Virus record (IMG/VR): IMGVR_UViG_3300003690_000002
Location: 96,001-160,000 of that record
Length of the DNA: 64,000 nucleotides
Strand: one strand, 5' to 3'
Source: a virus
The notes beneath the pieces are model-generated. The model saw only the letters and a program-made list of their open reading frames with translations. It had not been told where the DNA came from and made no database searches. A program made the position numbers and the translations under genes. This document shows, in pieces, positions 1-10,774 of this stretch. Each line of letters opens with the position of its first letter. The first letter of the stretch is position 1.

Positions 1-43
1 CTCATTAATACCAATTCTAATTCTACACAAATATATCAAATAT

Positions 44-1360
44 TTAAAGTATTTTTGCTGCTAATGACGCAACGTCGCTCCGCTCACCTTTTATTAAAGT
101 CATATGTCCTGTAAGGTCATAATTTTTAAATTTTTCTATTGCATACGTTAATCCATTTGACGTTTCATCAACATAAACATTATCAATTTGTTCGATATCG
201 CCAGTTAAAACAATTTTTGTATTTTCTCCAACTCTTGTGATAATTGTTTTAAGCTCATGGGCAGTTAAATTCTGCGCTTCGTCAATAACAATATATGCAT
301 TTGCAATCGAACGACCTCTTATATATGTTAAAGCCTCAATCTCTATTAAACCTTGTGATATATACATCTCTAATGTTTCTCTATCATTTCCCATTAAAAA
401 CTGAAGATTGTCTTGTATTGGCGCAAGCCATGGGGTCATTTTTTCTTCCAACGTTCCAGGTAAAAATCCAATATCTTTTCCCAAAGGTTGGATGGGTTTG
501 GATACAACTAGGTGTTTATATCTACTTTCCACATTTTTTTCAACTACTTGCGCCAAACCTGCCGCTAATGCTAATAAAGTTTTCCCGCTTCCAGCTTTTC
601 CAACAAGTGTAACAATTGGAATATTTTCATCTAATAATAAATCTAAAGCAAAATTTTGTTCTTTATTTCGCGGTTTAACACCCCACATTCCTTTTTTGTA
701 TTCTCCATTAATTCTTTTAAGAGGGATTGAATAATTGTAAAACCTCGCAAGCGCTGTTTTCTTTTCGTTTGCATTTGACACAAGCATTAAAAATTCATTC
801 GGTTTAGCTAAAATATTTTCTTTTTCTAGAAATATTTCTTCTCCGCTGTAAAATTGATCAATCATCTCTTCATCAACTAAATGTTTACTAAAGCCAGTAT
901 ATAATCCAGTAGTGTCTGCAACAATCTGATTTAAAATATAATCTTCAGTTAACAAATCTAGCGCATCACACTTAACGCGCATATTAATATCCCGAGATAC
1001 AACAATCACTTTTTTTTTCGGATTATCTCTTTTTTCATTTAACGCTACATCGATAATTTCATTATCAGATATAGACATGTCTAATTCTTTTGATAAATGA
1101 TCGCAATTTTTTACGAAAGCCAAACCTTTACCTTTGTCCAAGCGCACACCTTTATGTAGACTACCTTTTTCTCTTAAAGAATCAAATTTGCGTATAATAT
1201 TACGAGCATTTGATCCAACACTATCTTGACGTTTTTTATGTTTGTCTATTTCTTCTAAAACTTTAAAAGGTATTATAATATCATTATTTAAATAAGAGGT
1301 TAACGCACTAGGATCTGTTAAATAAACGCTTGTGTCTAGAACATATATTTTTTTAGCCAT
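44..1360 (-). CDS. phoH: PIN-domain PhoH-family ATPase (PhoH2/YlaK type)
   Basis: N-terminal PIN motif YVLDTSV ... SRDINMR; Walker A GKAGSGKT; RGRSI and IVIDEAQN; LTGDIEQID. Confidence 0.93.
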   Translation of the reverse strand: MAKKIYVLDTSVYLTDPSALTSYLNNDIIIPFKVLEEIDKHKKRQDSVGSNARNIIRKFDSLREKGSLHKGVRLDKGKGLAFVKNCDHLSKELDMSISDNEIIDVALNEKRDNPKKKVIVVSRDINMRVKCDALDLLTEDYILNQIVADTTGLYTGFSKHLVDEEMIDQFYSGEEIFLEKENILAKPNEFLMLVSNANEKKTALARFYNYSIPLKRINGEYKKGMWGVKPRNKEQNFALDLLLDENIPIVTLVGKAGSGKTLLALAAGLAQVVEKNVESRYKHLVVSKPIQPLGKDIGFLPGTLEEKMTPWLAPIQDNLQFLMGNDRETLEMYISQGLIEIEALTYIRGRSIANAYIVIDEAQNLTAHELKTIITRVGENTKIVLTGDIEQIDNVYVDETSNGLTYAIEKFKNYDLTGHMTLIKGERSDVASLAAKIL

Positions 1361-1435
1361 ATTATAATATAACTAGTTTATAACTTATATTTGTATATTG
1401 ATTTAAATTTTATTACTTCCCGCTCTAGTTATTTT
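1361..1435. promoter_or_regulatory. Divergent intergenic region with back-to-back CTAGTTAT late-promoter-like motifs
   Basis: ACTAGTTAT on minus (1369-1377) just before phoH ATG; CTAGTTAT on plus (1425-1432) 3 nt before the protease ATG at 1436. Confidence 0.55.
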
Positions 1436-2221
1436 ATGAGAAAGCTTAAATTAATATTTAATTTTATCTTAATTGCATTGTTTTTATTTATTTTTCTTTC
1501 TTGTGGGATAACTACTTCTACAAATAACCATGAAACAAGTATAAATGAAATTTTACCAAGAAAATCTTTTCTCTTTATTAATAAAAAAGTGTCAATACAG
1601 TTATGTCAAGATGATTTATGCCTACAAAAAACTAGAAAATTTTTAGGTTCTGGTGCGGTTGTTAGAAACAATACAAATGGATCATTTGTTCTTACTGCTG
1701 GGCATGTTTGTCATACCAAATATGCCGAAACTAAAAACCCAAATCTAAAAGTGGAAACAAGTTTTAAAATAACAGATATAGACGGAAATCAATATCCCGC
1801 CAAGGTGATAAAATATATTAATGATGAAAAGCTTGATATATGTATGCTATATGCTCCCGAGGCGGATTTGGAACCCGTATCTGTATCAAAACGCGCTCCG
1901 AAAGAGGGTGATAAAGTTTATAATCTAGCTACCCCATTGGGAATATTTACCAATAATACTATTCCAATTTTGGAGGGGCGCTTTATTGGATATAAAGATA
2001 CCAATGCTCTATATTCAGTTCCTGCTGCGCCTGGAAGTTCTGGTTCTCCAATTTTCAACTACAAAGGAGAATTAATTGGAGTTATTCATTCTGTGTATGT
2101 TTATTTTCCAAATATATCGATTGCTGTAACATATAAAGATGTAAAAAAGTTTATTAACCAAATTATGGATGATTACTACCTTATTGGTAATCCAGGCTGT
2201 CATAATCTCAATTTACCGTGA
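1436..2221 (+). CDS. Trypsin-like (S1) serine protease, probable lipoprotein; only credible plus-strand gene
   Basis: Catalytic triad contexts TAGHVC, DICML, PGSSGSP; hydrophobic signal ending FIFLSC; start moved from ORF-track 1391 to ATG 1436. Confidence 0.88.
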   Translation: MRKLKLIFNFILIALFLFIFLSCGITTSTNNHETSINEILPRKSFLFINKKVSIQLCQDDLCLQKTRKFLGSGAVVRNNTNGSFVLTAGHVCHTKYAETKNPNLKVETSFKITDIDGNQYPAKVIKYINDEKLDICMLYAPEADLEPVSVSKRAPKEGDKVYNLATPLGIFTNNTIPILEGRFIGYKDTNALYSVPAAPGSSGSPIFNYKGELIGVIHSVYVYFPNISIAVTYKDVKKFINQIMDDYYLIGNPGCHNLNLP

Positions 2222-2562
2222 AGTTAAATTATTTTCTCCATACTAAAAGTCCAGATTTTGCTCTTGCTTCTTTTAATTTTTTTACTGCATATCTTGCCAC
2301 TGCAACTTTGTCAGATGCGACCCATTTATAAATTAAATCATCTTTTAATTTTGTTACTTCATTACAAAATATCGCGACATTATTGTTTATTTCTCCGGAT
2401 TCTAATGTATCAATCGAATATAATGAACTTATAGCTTCTTTATTATTAACATATAATATTATAGTAACTCTTCTGTTCGCAGTAGTGGCACTTTTTGCCA
2501 CAATATGAATCTCATTTGGATCACAAACATAGCGACGCTCTCTTATTCCAATACTTCTTTTT

Positions 2563-3642
2563 TTATATCTCATTGAATAAAAACTCATCAAATATTTTCA
2601 TATACTTTATATAATCTTCTCCACATATCCCGTATAGTGCTGCAGCTATGCTGCTTAAAAGTGAATTTCCATCTTGTGGAGTAAAACAAAATCCAGTTAT
2701 TCTTGTACCATTATATACGCTAAAAGCGTGTAAAGTGGGTATAGAAATAACGGTTTGATTAAAAATCCTTCCGTAATATCCATGGTCGCGACCAAAAGAA
2801 AATACTTTATTGGCTAAATTTTTATAAGTAAGCGCTGCAAATGGATTTTCTTTAAACTTATTTATTATTCTATTTACGTTCTCATTGCCCTTGACAACAA
2901 TGTTAAATCTGATTGCATGCATATATTGTGAATTCACTTTCATTGCACTTGAATAAATTGGTAAATGACAATATAGCGTGTTTAATACTCTAGAAGCATC
3001 AGCCGCATGGTGGGTTCCAAAATGTACGTTATTATGTACTCCAACTTCAGGAGAGGCAATAAAACTATTATTCTGACTAATATCATTTGCTCTGCGGATA
3101 CAAACAAAATCAGAATCAACGATACTATCAAAATTTGGCGATAAACTTTTCAAAATATTACATATATTGTGTGTATTACAACTAACAACTTGAATAAAGT
3201 GAGAATCTGATTCTAAAAGTGCTTTATCATTAATTCCATAAGCATATGGCAATCCAAATTCTTTTTCACTACCTTGCGCAATAAATATCTTCTCTGGGTA
3301 CTTTATATAATGTTTTTCTTTATGAATATTACCAGCAGGGGTGCAATCAATAACTACATCGGCTTTTTCTAGAGCCCGTTGAAAATCGTAAGAGATTTTG
3401 TGTCCCAATTTTTGAAATGCAATTGCTTTGTCCTCATTAACAGATAATTTTGCACCTCTTTTAATCAAACTATTAACTTTTGCTATTTCATCTATCATAG
3501 GTGTTCTTTTGTGAAAAATAACTTCATCAATATTTAATCTCTTTTTTAAATCTGCCAAAAGTCCAATCAAAGGCTCTCCAATTGTTCCAGTCCCAACAAC
3601 AAGTATACAACGTGGTGCATAGTATGCATTTTTTTTATTCAT
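2563..3642 (-). CDS. Type II (archaeal-type) glyceraldehyde-3-phosphate dehydrogenase-like oxidoreductase
   Basis: Rossmann VVGTGTIG; DVVIDCTP; catalytic VVSCNTH; RRAND motif; probable start MNKKNAYY. Confidence 0.78.
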   Translation of the reverse strand: MNKKNAYYAPRCILVVGTGTIGEPLIGLLADLKKRLNIDEVIFHKRTPMIDEIAKVNSLIKRGAKLSVNEDKAIAFQKLGHKISYDFQRALEKADVVIDCTPAGNIHKEKHYIKYPEKIFIAQGSEKEFGLPYAYGINDKALLESDSHFIQVVSCNTHNICNILKSLSPNFDSIVDSDFVCIRRANDISQNNSFIASPEVGVHNNVHFGTHHAADASRVLNTLYCHLPIYSSAMKVNSQYMHAIRFNIVVKGNENVNRIINKFKENPFAALTYKNLANKVFSFGRDHGYYGRIFNQTVISIPTLHAFSVYNGTRITGFCFTPQDGNSLLSSIAAALYGICGEDYIKYMKIFDEFLFNEI

Positions 3643-4090
3643 TGTTATCCACTTTATACTCATAATCAAACATTGTTTTACCTTTTAAGTGACTTATCTC
3701 ATGTTGAATGCAGATGCATTTTAATATATCAGGGGATCCGAATGTTAACTCTCTATTAAAATTATCTGCTTTTACAATAATATTTTTAAATCTTTTTGTA
3801 GTTATGGTTACATCTGGAAAGGATAAACAACTTTCTTGAAAAATAATACTTTCAAATCCGCCAATATATACTGGGTTCATAAGCCATAATGGATTATCAT
3901 ATGGTATATTTATTACACAAATCTCTTTATTTATGCCAATTTGATTGGCTGCTAATCCAATTCCATTTTTTGATTTTGATAAAACTTTAAATAGCTTTTT
4001 TGCAATAATCTCGCCCTCTTTAAAAGTTTTAACTTTTTTACAGGGGATGGCAAGTTTATTAATATCTTTTATGATACGAGAACGAGGCAT
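3635..4090 (-). CDS. def: Peptide deformylase
   Basis: GIGLAANQIG, ESCLSFP, QHEISHLKG (variants of GxGxAAxQ, EGCLS, HExDH). Confidence 0.92.
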   Translation of the reverse strand: MPRSRIIKDINKLAIPCKKVKTFKEGEIIAKKLFKVLSKSKNGIGLAANQIGINKEICVINIPYDNPLWLMNPVYIGGFESIIFQESCLSFPDVTITTKRFKNIIVKADNFNRELTFGSPDILKCICIQHEISHLKGKTMFDYEYKVDNNE

Positions 4091-4984
4091 TATATAATTT
4101 TCTTTTTTAATACTACGTCTCTTGGTGAGATATATTGTAGAATTTTATTTTTGTTATTTATCGACTTTAACGTCAAATACTGCTCTCTATTCCATGAAAT
4201 AAATTCCATATTTTCAACATAAAAATATTTATTATTATATTGAACTAGGTTTCCAATATAGGTTTTTGTTCCATTTCTATCAATCGCGAACATTGGCATA
4301 GTTATCTTCCCCTAGTTGCGTTGTACTTTTTTCTTTTTGAATTTAGTTAACTTCTTGTTTATGATCATTATTAAATTTAGAACCACGCTTAATTTTAACT
4401 TCTGTACATTTTTCATGTAACTGTCTTTTAAAATTACTTGCCTCTTCATAGGTTGAAAAAGTTGCAGCTATTTTCCATGTTTTATTTTTTTGTACATCAA
4501 CCATTTTCTTTTTCACTCTTATCGTCAGAATTGAGTTCTAAAGTGTTTTTCTTTTCAGTTTCTGCACTTGGTATAAAACTAGCAACTGCTTGTGCCACAA
4601 CAGAGGCTTCTTGTAAAGAAAAAACTCCTTTATCTTGAGCTAAATTAACTGCTTGTACCAATATAATTACAGCCTGTTCCTGGTTCATTATACTACTCCC
4701 TTTTTAGCCAATACCATCCCTACAACAAATCCCACCACCAGTGGAACTATAAATCCTATTAAACTATCCATAATATTTTCCTTTCTAGTTAATCGCAAAG
4801 TAATTTTTTATTATATTTTTTGTTTTTGCAAATATTTTGTTCTTCTAATTGCTCTTCATATTGAAGCTTTACAAGGTGCGGATATTTTTCAAATAACTCT
4901 GGAAGAGTCAAATTTTCTTTTCTTTGAATTTCTGTAATTGCTTCTGTAATTTTACCCATTATTTTCTCCGCATTATATTTTAAG

Positions 4985-5366
4985 TGGAGGCGCTGGGAGT
5001 CGAACCCAGGTCCAAAAGACTGCAAAAACACGATCATTCACAAAAATAGACGCATTCACCACCGAAGCGTCAACCACCTGATATTCCTATCAGGGAATCC
5101 ATTTACCAACTTAAAGGTGTTGACTACCGGAATATATAGTCATAAAAATGGCTAAATACCTACTACGCCCACCACCAATTTTTCTAAAAATTGGAAACGG
5201 CTAATATTTCTTTAGAAAGCTATTAACAACTTCCGATTATGCCGCCATGGCATAATCAAATTCAACGTTATCGTTGGCATTTATAAAAGTCAAGTATTTT
5301 TACTGTGTTACTTACACAGTTTTGCACGTTGTTTTATTCGTATTTTGTCGAAACCGTTTCGCCCCC
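4985..5366 (-). ncRNA. ssrA: tmRNA (382 nt), tag ANDNVEFDYAMAA
   Basis: 5-prime GGGGGCG pairs with 3-prime CGCCTCC-A including G3:U70 alanine identity; T-arm GGGTTCGACTCCC; resume context ATAAAT-GCC; tag ORF 5278-5237 ending in AA-stop inside hairpin GATTATGCC/GGCATAATC; CCA not encoded. Confidence 0.96.
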
Positions 5367-5408
5367 ATATTTTAAAAGAACAAGTCCCATGTATAATTAT
5401 TACATGTA

Positions 5409-5437
5409 ACTATAAACTATAATAGTATATTTGTCAA
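5409..5437 (-). promoter_or_regulatory. sigma70-type promoter of tmRNA
   Basis: TTGACA-N17-TATAGT about 40 nt upstream of the tmRNA 5-prime end. Confidence 0.7.
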
Positions 5438-5800
5438 ATTATTTTCATTATTTTTTTCGAAAAAATTTTCTGTATTATATTTTTTAAGCAAAGCTTTAAA
5501 TTCTCCATATGTTAATCCTAAAAATCTTGCTGCCTCTTTTTTTGATCTACAAATAGAAAGAGCTGTTTTAAGCACAGCATCCTGTACTATTTCTCTGGTG
5601 GAATACCATATCGGTATTCCATAACAATTACCTCCAAATGGCTTTGTTGCTAATTCTAATTTAAGTGCGATAACATCTTCTAAACTCAGAGCGCTCAACA
5701 TCACCTCGAACTCGTCATTACTCTTGTTATCGTTTCGTAATTTTCTAGACATACTATAATTTTTATTAGTACCGAAATATTTTCTTTTTTTCCATCTCAT
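5417..5800 (-). CDS. Protein with C-terminal Fis-type helix-turn-helix
   Basis: ALSICRSKKEAARFLGLTYGEFKALLKKY matches the Fis/HTH_8 pattern. Confidence 0.65.
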   Translation of the reverse strand: MRWKKRKYFGTNKNYSMSRKLRNDNKSNDEFEVMLSALSLEDVIALKLELATKPFGGNCYGIPIWYSTREIVQDAVLKTALSICRSKKEAARFLGLTYGEFKALLKKYNTENFFEKNNENNLTNILL

Positions 5801-5868
5801 ATTGTAATTATATATTAATTTTTATAAAATTTTATGATATTCTTGGTCGGATGGTTGGCAATTAATGC

Positions 5869-6684
5869 TTAAATAGACATGTCTGCTTCTTCTTCTGCTT
5901 CTTCTTCTGGTATTTCTTCTGCGTCCATCTCTTCTGCTGCTTCTTCTTCTTTTTCTTTTTCATATTCTGGTGTAGTTGGTTCTTCAATTGAAGCTGCCAA
6001 TTCGTCTTCAAATTTATCAAAATAAAGTTTTAAATTTGTTAATAAATAATCATAAAATAATTCTTTATCTTCATCATTTTGAAGACTTCCATATGAATCT
6101 AATATCTGAGTTTCAACTTTATTATAACTTTGATATGCAAAATTTCTTCCTGTCATATCTTCACCAGGTATAGTAAATGCACCTTCTTCTTCAGGTTCTT
6201 CTTCGTCGGTATCTGTTTCTATATCCACACCTCTAACTGGAATGAATTTTTCAGGCTCGTCTTCAACGCTAATTTTAACATTTTGCTCATCTAAATCTTC
6301 TTCTTCCCCTGCCGCATCCAACACATCTTGAGGGGCTAATGAATTTTTTACAGCTTGTACGATATGCGCTCTAAAAGATTTTCTTTGTTCTTCATCTGTA
6401 GTTAGTGATTTATAATCGTCTTCTAAAACAGGTATAATTTTTTTCAAAAGTGTTTCTAGCACGTTTATTCCGGTTTTCTGATGAGGTACATCTGATTGTA
6501 CATCAGCTGCAGCTTCTTTAATCAAGGTTTGTATAATGCTGCGTAATTTTTGTTCTTCAAATATCAATTCTTCTTGTTGGTGTTGTTTTCTTTCAAAAAT
6601 TATCTTGATTGCTCTTTGTATATTGCTCCGTAGCTTTTGTTCTTCGTTTAATTCTTTAATTAATTCTTTTCTATCAATATACAT
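5869..6684 (-). CDS. Acidic protein, probable prohead core/virion-internal
   Basis: Repeated EEQKLRSxIxxxIK segments resembling leader B; Glu-rich linker and tail. Confidence 0.5.
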   Translation of the reverse strand: MYIDRKELIKELNEEQKLRSNIQRAIKIIFERKQHQQEELIFEEQKLRSIIQTLIKEAAADVQSDVPHQKTGINVLETLLKKIIPVLEDDYKSLTTDEEQRKSFRAHIVQAVKNSLAPQDVLDAAGEEEDLDEQNVKISVEDEPEKFIPVRGVDIETDTDEEEPEEEGAFTIPGEDMTGRNFAYQSYNKVETQILDSYGSLQNDEDKELFYDYLLTNLKLYFDKFEDELAASIEEPTTPEYEKEKEEEAAEEMDAEEIPEEEAEEEADMSI

Positions 6685-6688
6685 TATT

Positions 6689-9600
6689 TTATCCTTTTAT
6701 ATTTATACCTGATATTTGTAGTAAATAGTCTAAGACTTCTTTAACTGGCTCGTTTTTATTAGCTTCTTTTAACTTAAGTTTTGATTTCCTTCTTTCTCTT
6801 TCATTTTCTTTATCAAAATCGATGCCTGGCCATGGACTTTTAGTATAAGCGCCTTCTACATTCCCACCACCCATAGTAGAAATTTCTTCTATTTCTTCTT
6901 TCCCTGTTTCTTCTTCTGTTTCTTTTTCCATTCTTTTTGCTGCTTCTGCCGATGCTATATCTGTTGCCCGCTCAACTTCGCGGGCAGTTTGTTCAGATTC
7001 TTTTTCTGTTTTTTCTGTCTTTTTTGCTTGTAGATCAAATTCGGTGCTTAATTGTTTAAACGTTTCTATATATTCTTCTTGTTTTTTAAACAAACTTTCA
7101 ATTGATTTATATACGTCTTCTAGAAATTTTTGATCTTGCATTAGTTCTTTAGTTTTTTCTTTTGCAAAATTACTTTTTTCTTTAAAGTCCATTGTTTTTA
7201 CATTAGAATTGTCTTTTTTAGCATCTCTAAAAAAATTTGCATCTTGTTCTTTTAAGGAATTATAAAAATATTTGGACCAACTTTCAAATAATAGTTGATC
7301 TTTTTTGTTTTCATTCATCGTTGGTATGTGATGTTGTCTAGAAACATCTCGACCAGTTATTTTACCTATATATTTTTTTCTGAACGCGGCTGATGGGTTG
7401 GTCTCTACTCCTTTAATATTTTTTGAATAATCATTCGGCACAACATGTACAGAGCCATCTGGCATTGTTACTTTGAGATCATCTTTTATATTAATTTTTT
7501 TAGCCACTAATTCTACCCAAGAATCCCATAGTTTTCGCGAAATATCTTCGGCGCCAGTTTCTTTTGCAATTTGCCTTAGAAACTCTACGTATTTTTGAGC
7601 TAATTCAATACCACCAGAAGTAAGTTTGATTATATTACTGTCGAATTCTCCAGCCTGGATAACTTTTTTACCAGATGCAGTAACTGAAGGTGTCCTAAAT
7701 CCTTTATCGCCGGGAGTCAGTATATTAAATTCTTTTGAGATTCCTTTATATATGTTTAGATTAATCGAATCAATACAACCCAATCGACCAATGATTAATT
7801 GGGTTGCAAATGCCGCTTTCGGTAAACCAAGTCCAGGTAATTTAATTGCTTCCAAATAAATATTAAATAATGCTTCTTCTTTTCTTAATCCACTAGAATT
7901 ATTATATTCATTGAACAAACCACTAAAACTAGAATATATGCTTTCCCTGTTTTTCCATAGATAATCAATTGCATGTTTGCGAGGACCCATAACCAATTGA
8001 CCAAACCCTGAAAAATCATATTTAGGTTGTTTTTCGCCTGGGTTTAATAAATTTCTGTCAGTCATTAAACCATCGTTTTTATGAACAAAATTTAATAATA
8101 TCGGGAACTTTGGCACCACATCATACCATCTCATTTGCTGAGTGCCAATTACAAACATCAAAACATCAGCTAGTTGGTCTGGAGAATACTGTGCATATTC
8201 ATTTATAAGAGGGTTATATTTGCAAAAACCAGAATCAAATTCTTTTGATAAATCTAATATAGCATCTTCAGAAGCCTCGTCTTCTTCTTGTTCTTTTAAG
8301 GTTCTCACCTCATCGTTTTTAATATTTTTCTCCAGCTGCTCTTCTACTAGCCGCAGAAATATACCCACTGGAAGTGAGCCGCCCTCCTTTATCATGTCCT
8401 GATCTTTTAATTTAATGTTGAGTATTCCGAGCACACTATCCGGATTGGAACCCGCAGGCATAAAATCTTCAAAAAGTTGTAGCGCAATAGGGCTCTCTGT
8501 AGCTAATTCAGCCATATAGCGCATATCAGAACCATGAAATTCTAATATATCTAGACCTTCCTTGAAGCTGGGTAAATTATCTAATATTTCTGTATTTTCT
8601 CTTAATATTGTAATGTAATTATCACTGTGGGTGATAACATCTGCTTGAGCGGCATACGTAATAGGATCTAATATGTTTACATCTGGTGTATATTTTTGTA
8701 TATTTTTTCCAAACCTTTGGGCGGCATCACCTCCTTTTGTGCTAGCGCCTAATATAATATTGGATCCTGCCACTTCTGGCTTATTTCCATATTCAATTGC
8801 TGCCTGGACCGGGGAGTTATATTCAGATACTTCCACATCCGCACTTAACCCAGAATTATTTAAATACAAGTTCCATATTTTCTTAGATTGTGCTGCTGTT
8901 ATGGGGATTCCCTCTTTTGGAGTTTTCCTTTCTAGCGGAGAAATTAAAATAATAATTTTATCTGCCAAGTCTATATAATGTTTTGCCATGGCTAAATGAC
9001 CAACATGAGGTGGTTTAAATGCTCCCGGAATTATTGCTAGTGTTTGGTGTGTTTCTTCTTCTGTTATTTCTGTTATCTCTTCCTCATTTTTATTACTAGA
9101 TTTTATTGGTGGTATTTTTCCTCTTCCATATTTAAAAAGACCCAATAGTTGATTTATTGGCGCAAAATTGCCAGTAAATTTGTACATTTGTTCGCCATAT
9201 TGAAAAACAAACCCTTCAACTGTTGTATTAATGTTATCTAAATGTTTAATTTTTTGAAGCTGTTTTGCTAAAATTTCATGAGCTTTGCTCGCACCGGGTC
9301 CGGCATATGTTTGTATATTTTTGATAGCTGTAGAAATTTCTTTCTTTTGCCTTGCAAGCTCTGCTTCATTATTTAAAATATAAGCACTTTTTAAACCTTT
9401 TAAAAGTTCAACAGAAAAAGTATGAATCGCTTCTTCAATCGGCCATATAGCATCATTAATCAGTGAAATTTCTGCAAATTCTACAAATTGCTTAATTCTT
9501 TGTTTTATGTCAATAGGAAAACCTTTATATATTTGAGTAAGAGATTTTGCTCCATCTTTTTTTAATATTCTATTAAGCACATCTTGTTGGATATCAGGGC

Positions 9601-10333
9601 TTAAAAAATTTAACTTTCTTTCTACCTCTCCGCGCAAATAGTTTTCCATATATTCTTCAATCGTCATATTTTTAGAAAAACCAGCTTTTTGTATTTTTTG
9701 TAAAGCAATATTTAGATCATAATCATTATCAAGTTGATTGAGTTTTAAAAATGCGGTACGGCGTACTGAAAATGGTATATCACTAGTTGCTTCTTCAAAT
9801 CTGTCAATTAAATCATCTAATAAATTTGAACCTTTTGATGCATCGACCGTTTCTAATGTATTTTTCTCTTCGTTATAAAATTTATGACCAACGTGGTGAA
9901 TGTTAATAACGTCTTCATCATAATTAATTATATTCTTAGCTGATGGACCTTGTATTTCAGCATTATAGAAGACTTCTTTATTTTCTCCAAAAATAATGTC
10001 TAATTCGCCTTGCGATAAACTATCTAATGTTCTCTCATAGGCTTTAAAAGCGTTTAAATATACTTTTTTAATTTCATCGCCGCCCTTAAACTTTCTTGCC
10101 GCTAAATCAGCGAATGTGCGACCACCTATTTTCATATCGCCTTTGTTTCTTGCCCAAGCGGGAGCCCATACAGCTTTATTACCTTTAATTCCCAAATAGA
10201 TATTAAAGCCATCAGTTTTTTCTGTGCCTTGAAGTTCTCCTCTTGAGGCAGCTGAAAGGATTTTTTTAATTTTATTAAAAGTTAGGTCTCTATCATCATA
10301 GAGATGCATTAAATGCTTAGCGACACCGCCCAT
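6689..10333 (-). CDS. 1214-aa multidomain protein: ligase-like KxDG domain + HxGH cytidylyltransferase-like domain + HhH-GPD glycosylase-like domain
   Basis: EKTDG at aa 38-42; GAFKPPHVGH; IKLPGLGLPKAAF...GCID; acidic coiled-coil tail. Confidence 0.65.
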   Translation of the reverse strand: MGGVAKHLMHLYDDRDLTFNKIKKILSAASRGELQGTEKTDGFNIYLGIKGNKAVWAPAWARNKGDMKIGGRTFADLAARKFKGGDEIKKVYLNAFKAYERTLDSLSQGELDIIFGENKEVFYNAEIQGPSAKNIINYDEDVINIHHVGHKFYNEEKNTLETVDASKGSNLLDDLIDRFEEATSDIPFSVRRTAFLKLNQLDNDYDLNIALQKIQKAGFSKNMTIEEYMENYLRGEVERKLNFLSPDIQQDVLNRILKKDGAKSLTQIYKGFPIDIKQRIKQFVEFAEISLINDAIWPIEEAIHTFSVELLKGLKSAYILNNEAELARQKKEISTAIKNIQTYAGPGASKAHEILAKQLQKIKHLDNINTTVEGFVFQYGEQMYKFTGNFAPINQLLGLFKYGRGKIPPIKSSNKNEEEITEITEEETHQTLAIIPGAFKPPHVGHLAMAKHYIDLADKIIILISPLERKTPKEGIPITAAQSKKIWNLYLNNSGLSADVEVSEYNSPVQAAIEYGNKPEVAGSNIILGASTKGGDAAQRFGKNIQKYTPDVNILDPITYAAQADVITHSDNYITILRENTEILDNLPSFKEGLDILEFHGSDMRYMAELATESPIALQLFEDFMPAGSNPDSVLGILNIKLKDQDMIKEGGSLPVGIFLRLVEEQLEKNIKNDEVRTLKEQEEDEASEDAILDLSKEFDSGFCKYNPLINEYAQYSPDQLADVLMFVIGTQQMRWYDVVPKFPILLNFVHKNDGLMTDRNLLNPGEKQPKYDFSGFGQLVMGPRKHAIDYLWKNRESIYSSFSGLFNEYNNSSGLRKEEALFNIYLEAIKLPGLGLPKAAFATQLIIGRLGCIDSINLNIYKGISKEFNILTPGDKGFRTPSVTASGKKVIQAGEFDSNIIKLTSGGIELAQKYVEFLRQIAKETGAEDISRKLWDSWVELVAKKINIKDDLKVTMPDGSVHVVPNDYSKNIKGVETNPSAAFRKKYIGKITGRDVSRQHHIPTMNENKKDQLLFESWSKYFYNSLKEQDANFFRDAKKDNSNVKTMDFKEKSNFAKEKTKELMQDQKFLEDVYKSIESLFKKQEEYIETFKQLSTEFDLQAKKTEKTEKESEQTAREVERATDIASAEAAKRMEKETEEETGKEEIEEISTMGGGNVEGAYTKSPWPGIDFDKENERERRKSKLKLKEANKNEPVKEVLDYLLQISGINIKG

Positions 10334-10334
10334 G

Positions 10335-10586
10335 TTACTTGCTCTCTTCTAATATCTTAAGCTCTTCTTCAAGCATTACCACGCGGCTTTCTAATTTTCT
10401 GGTTAGATTTTTAATTTCTCTGAGTTGTGCTTTTGCGATTTCCAATCTTCGAGACTCTGTTTGCGTTTTTGGGGCAAAATTATCTAGAATCTCTTTTAAA
10501 TTTTGAATATAACTACGAACAGTTGGCCTGGTTCTTTGCTCACCAAGTAAAAAGTTTCGTGTTAATTTGCGGAAATCTATTTTCAT
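10335..10586 (-). CDS. Coiled-coil hypothetical protein
   Basis: Heptad-rich C-terminus; in operon with flanking large genes. Confidence 0.6.
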   Translation of the reverse strand: MKIDFRKLTRNFLLGEQRTRPTVRSYIQNLKEILDNFAPKTQTESRRLEIAKAQLREIKNLTRKLESRVVMLEEELKILEESK

Positions 10587-10774
10587 TTTTGTTCCTTATT
10601 TTTTTGCTTTTTCTTTAGAAGAAAACCCAAGAGCTTTTTTCAATTTATTTGCAGTTTTCTTAACCACACTCTCTTTCTTTTCTTCTAAATTGCTCGATTG
10701 ATCAGGATTATCTAGAGCTTCGAGCAAACCCAATTTTCGCAATCTTCTTCTTAAGCCCATTATATATTTCCCCC

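Noticed and set aside
4960-5037. N-terminal part of ORF 4789-5037
   Set aside because: It overlaps the tmRNA 3-prime end; the real start is more likely MGKITE downstream.
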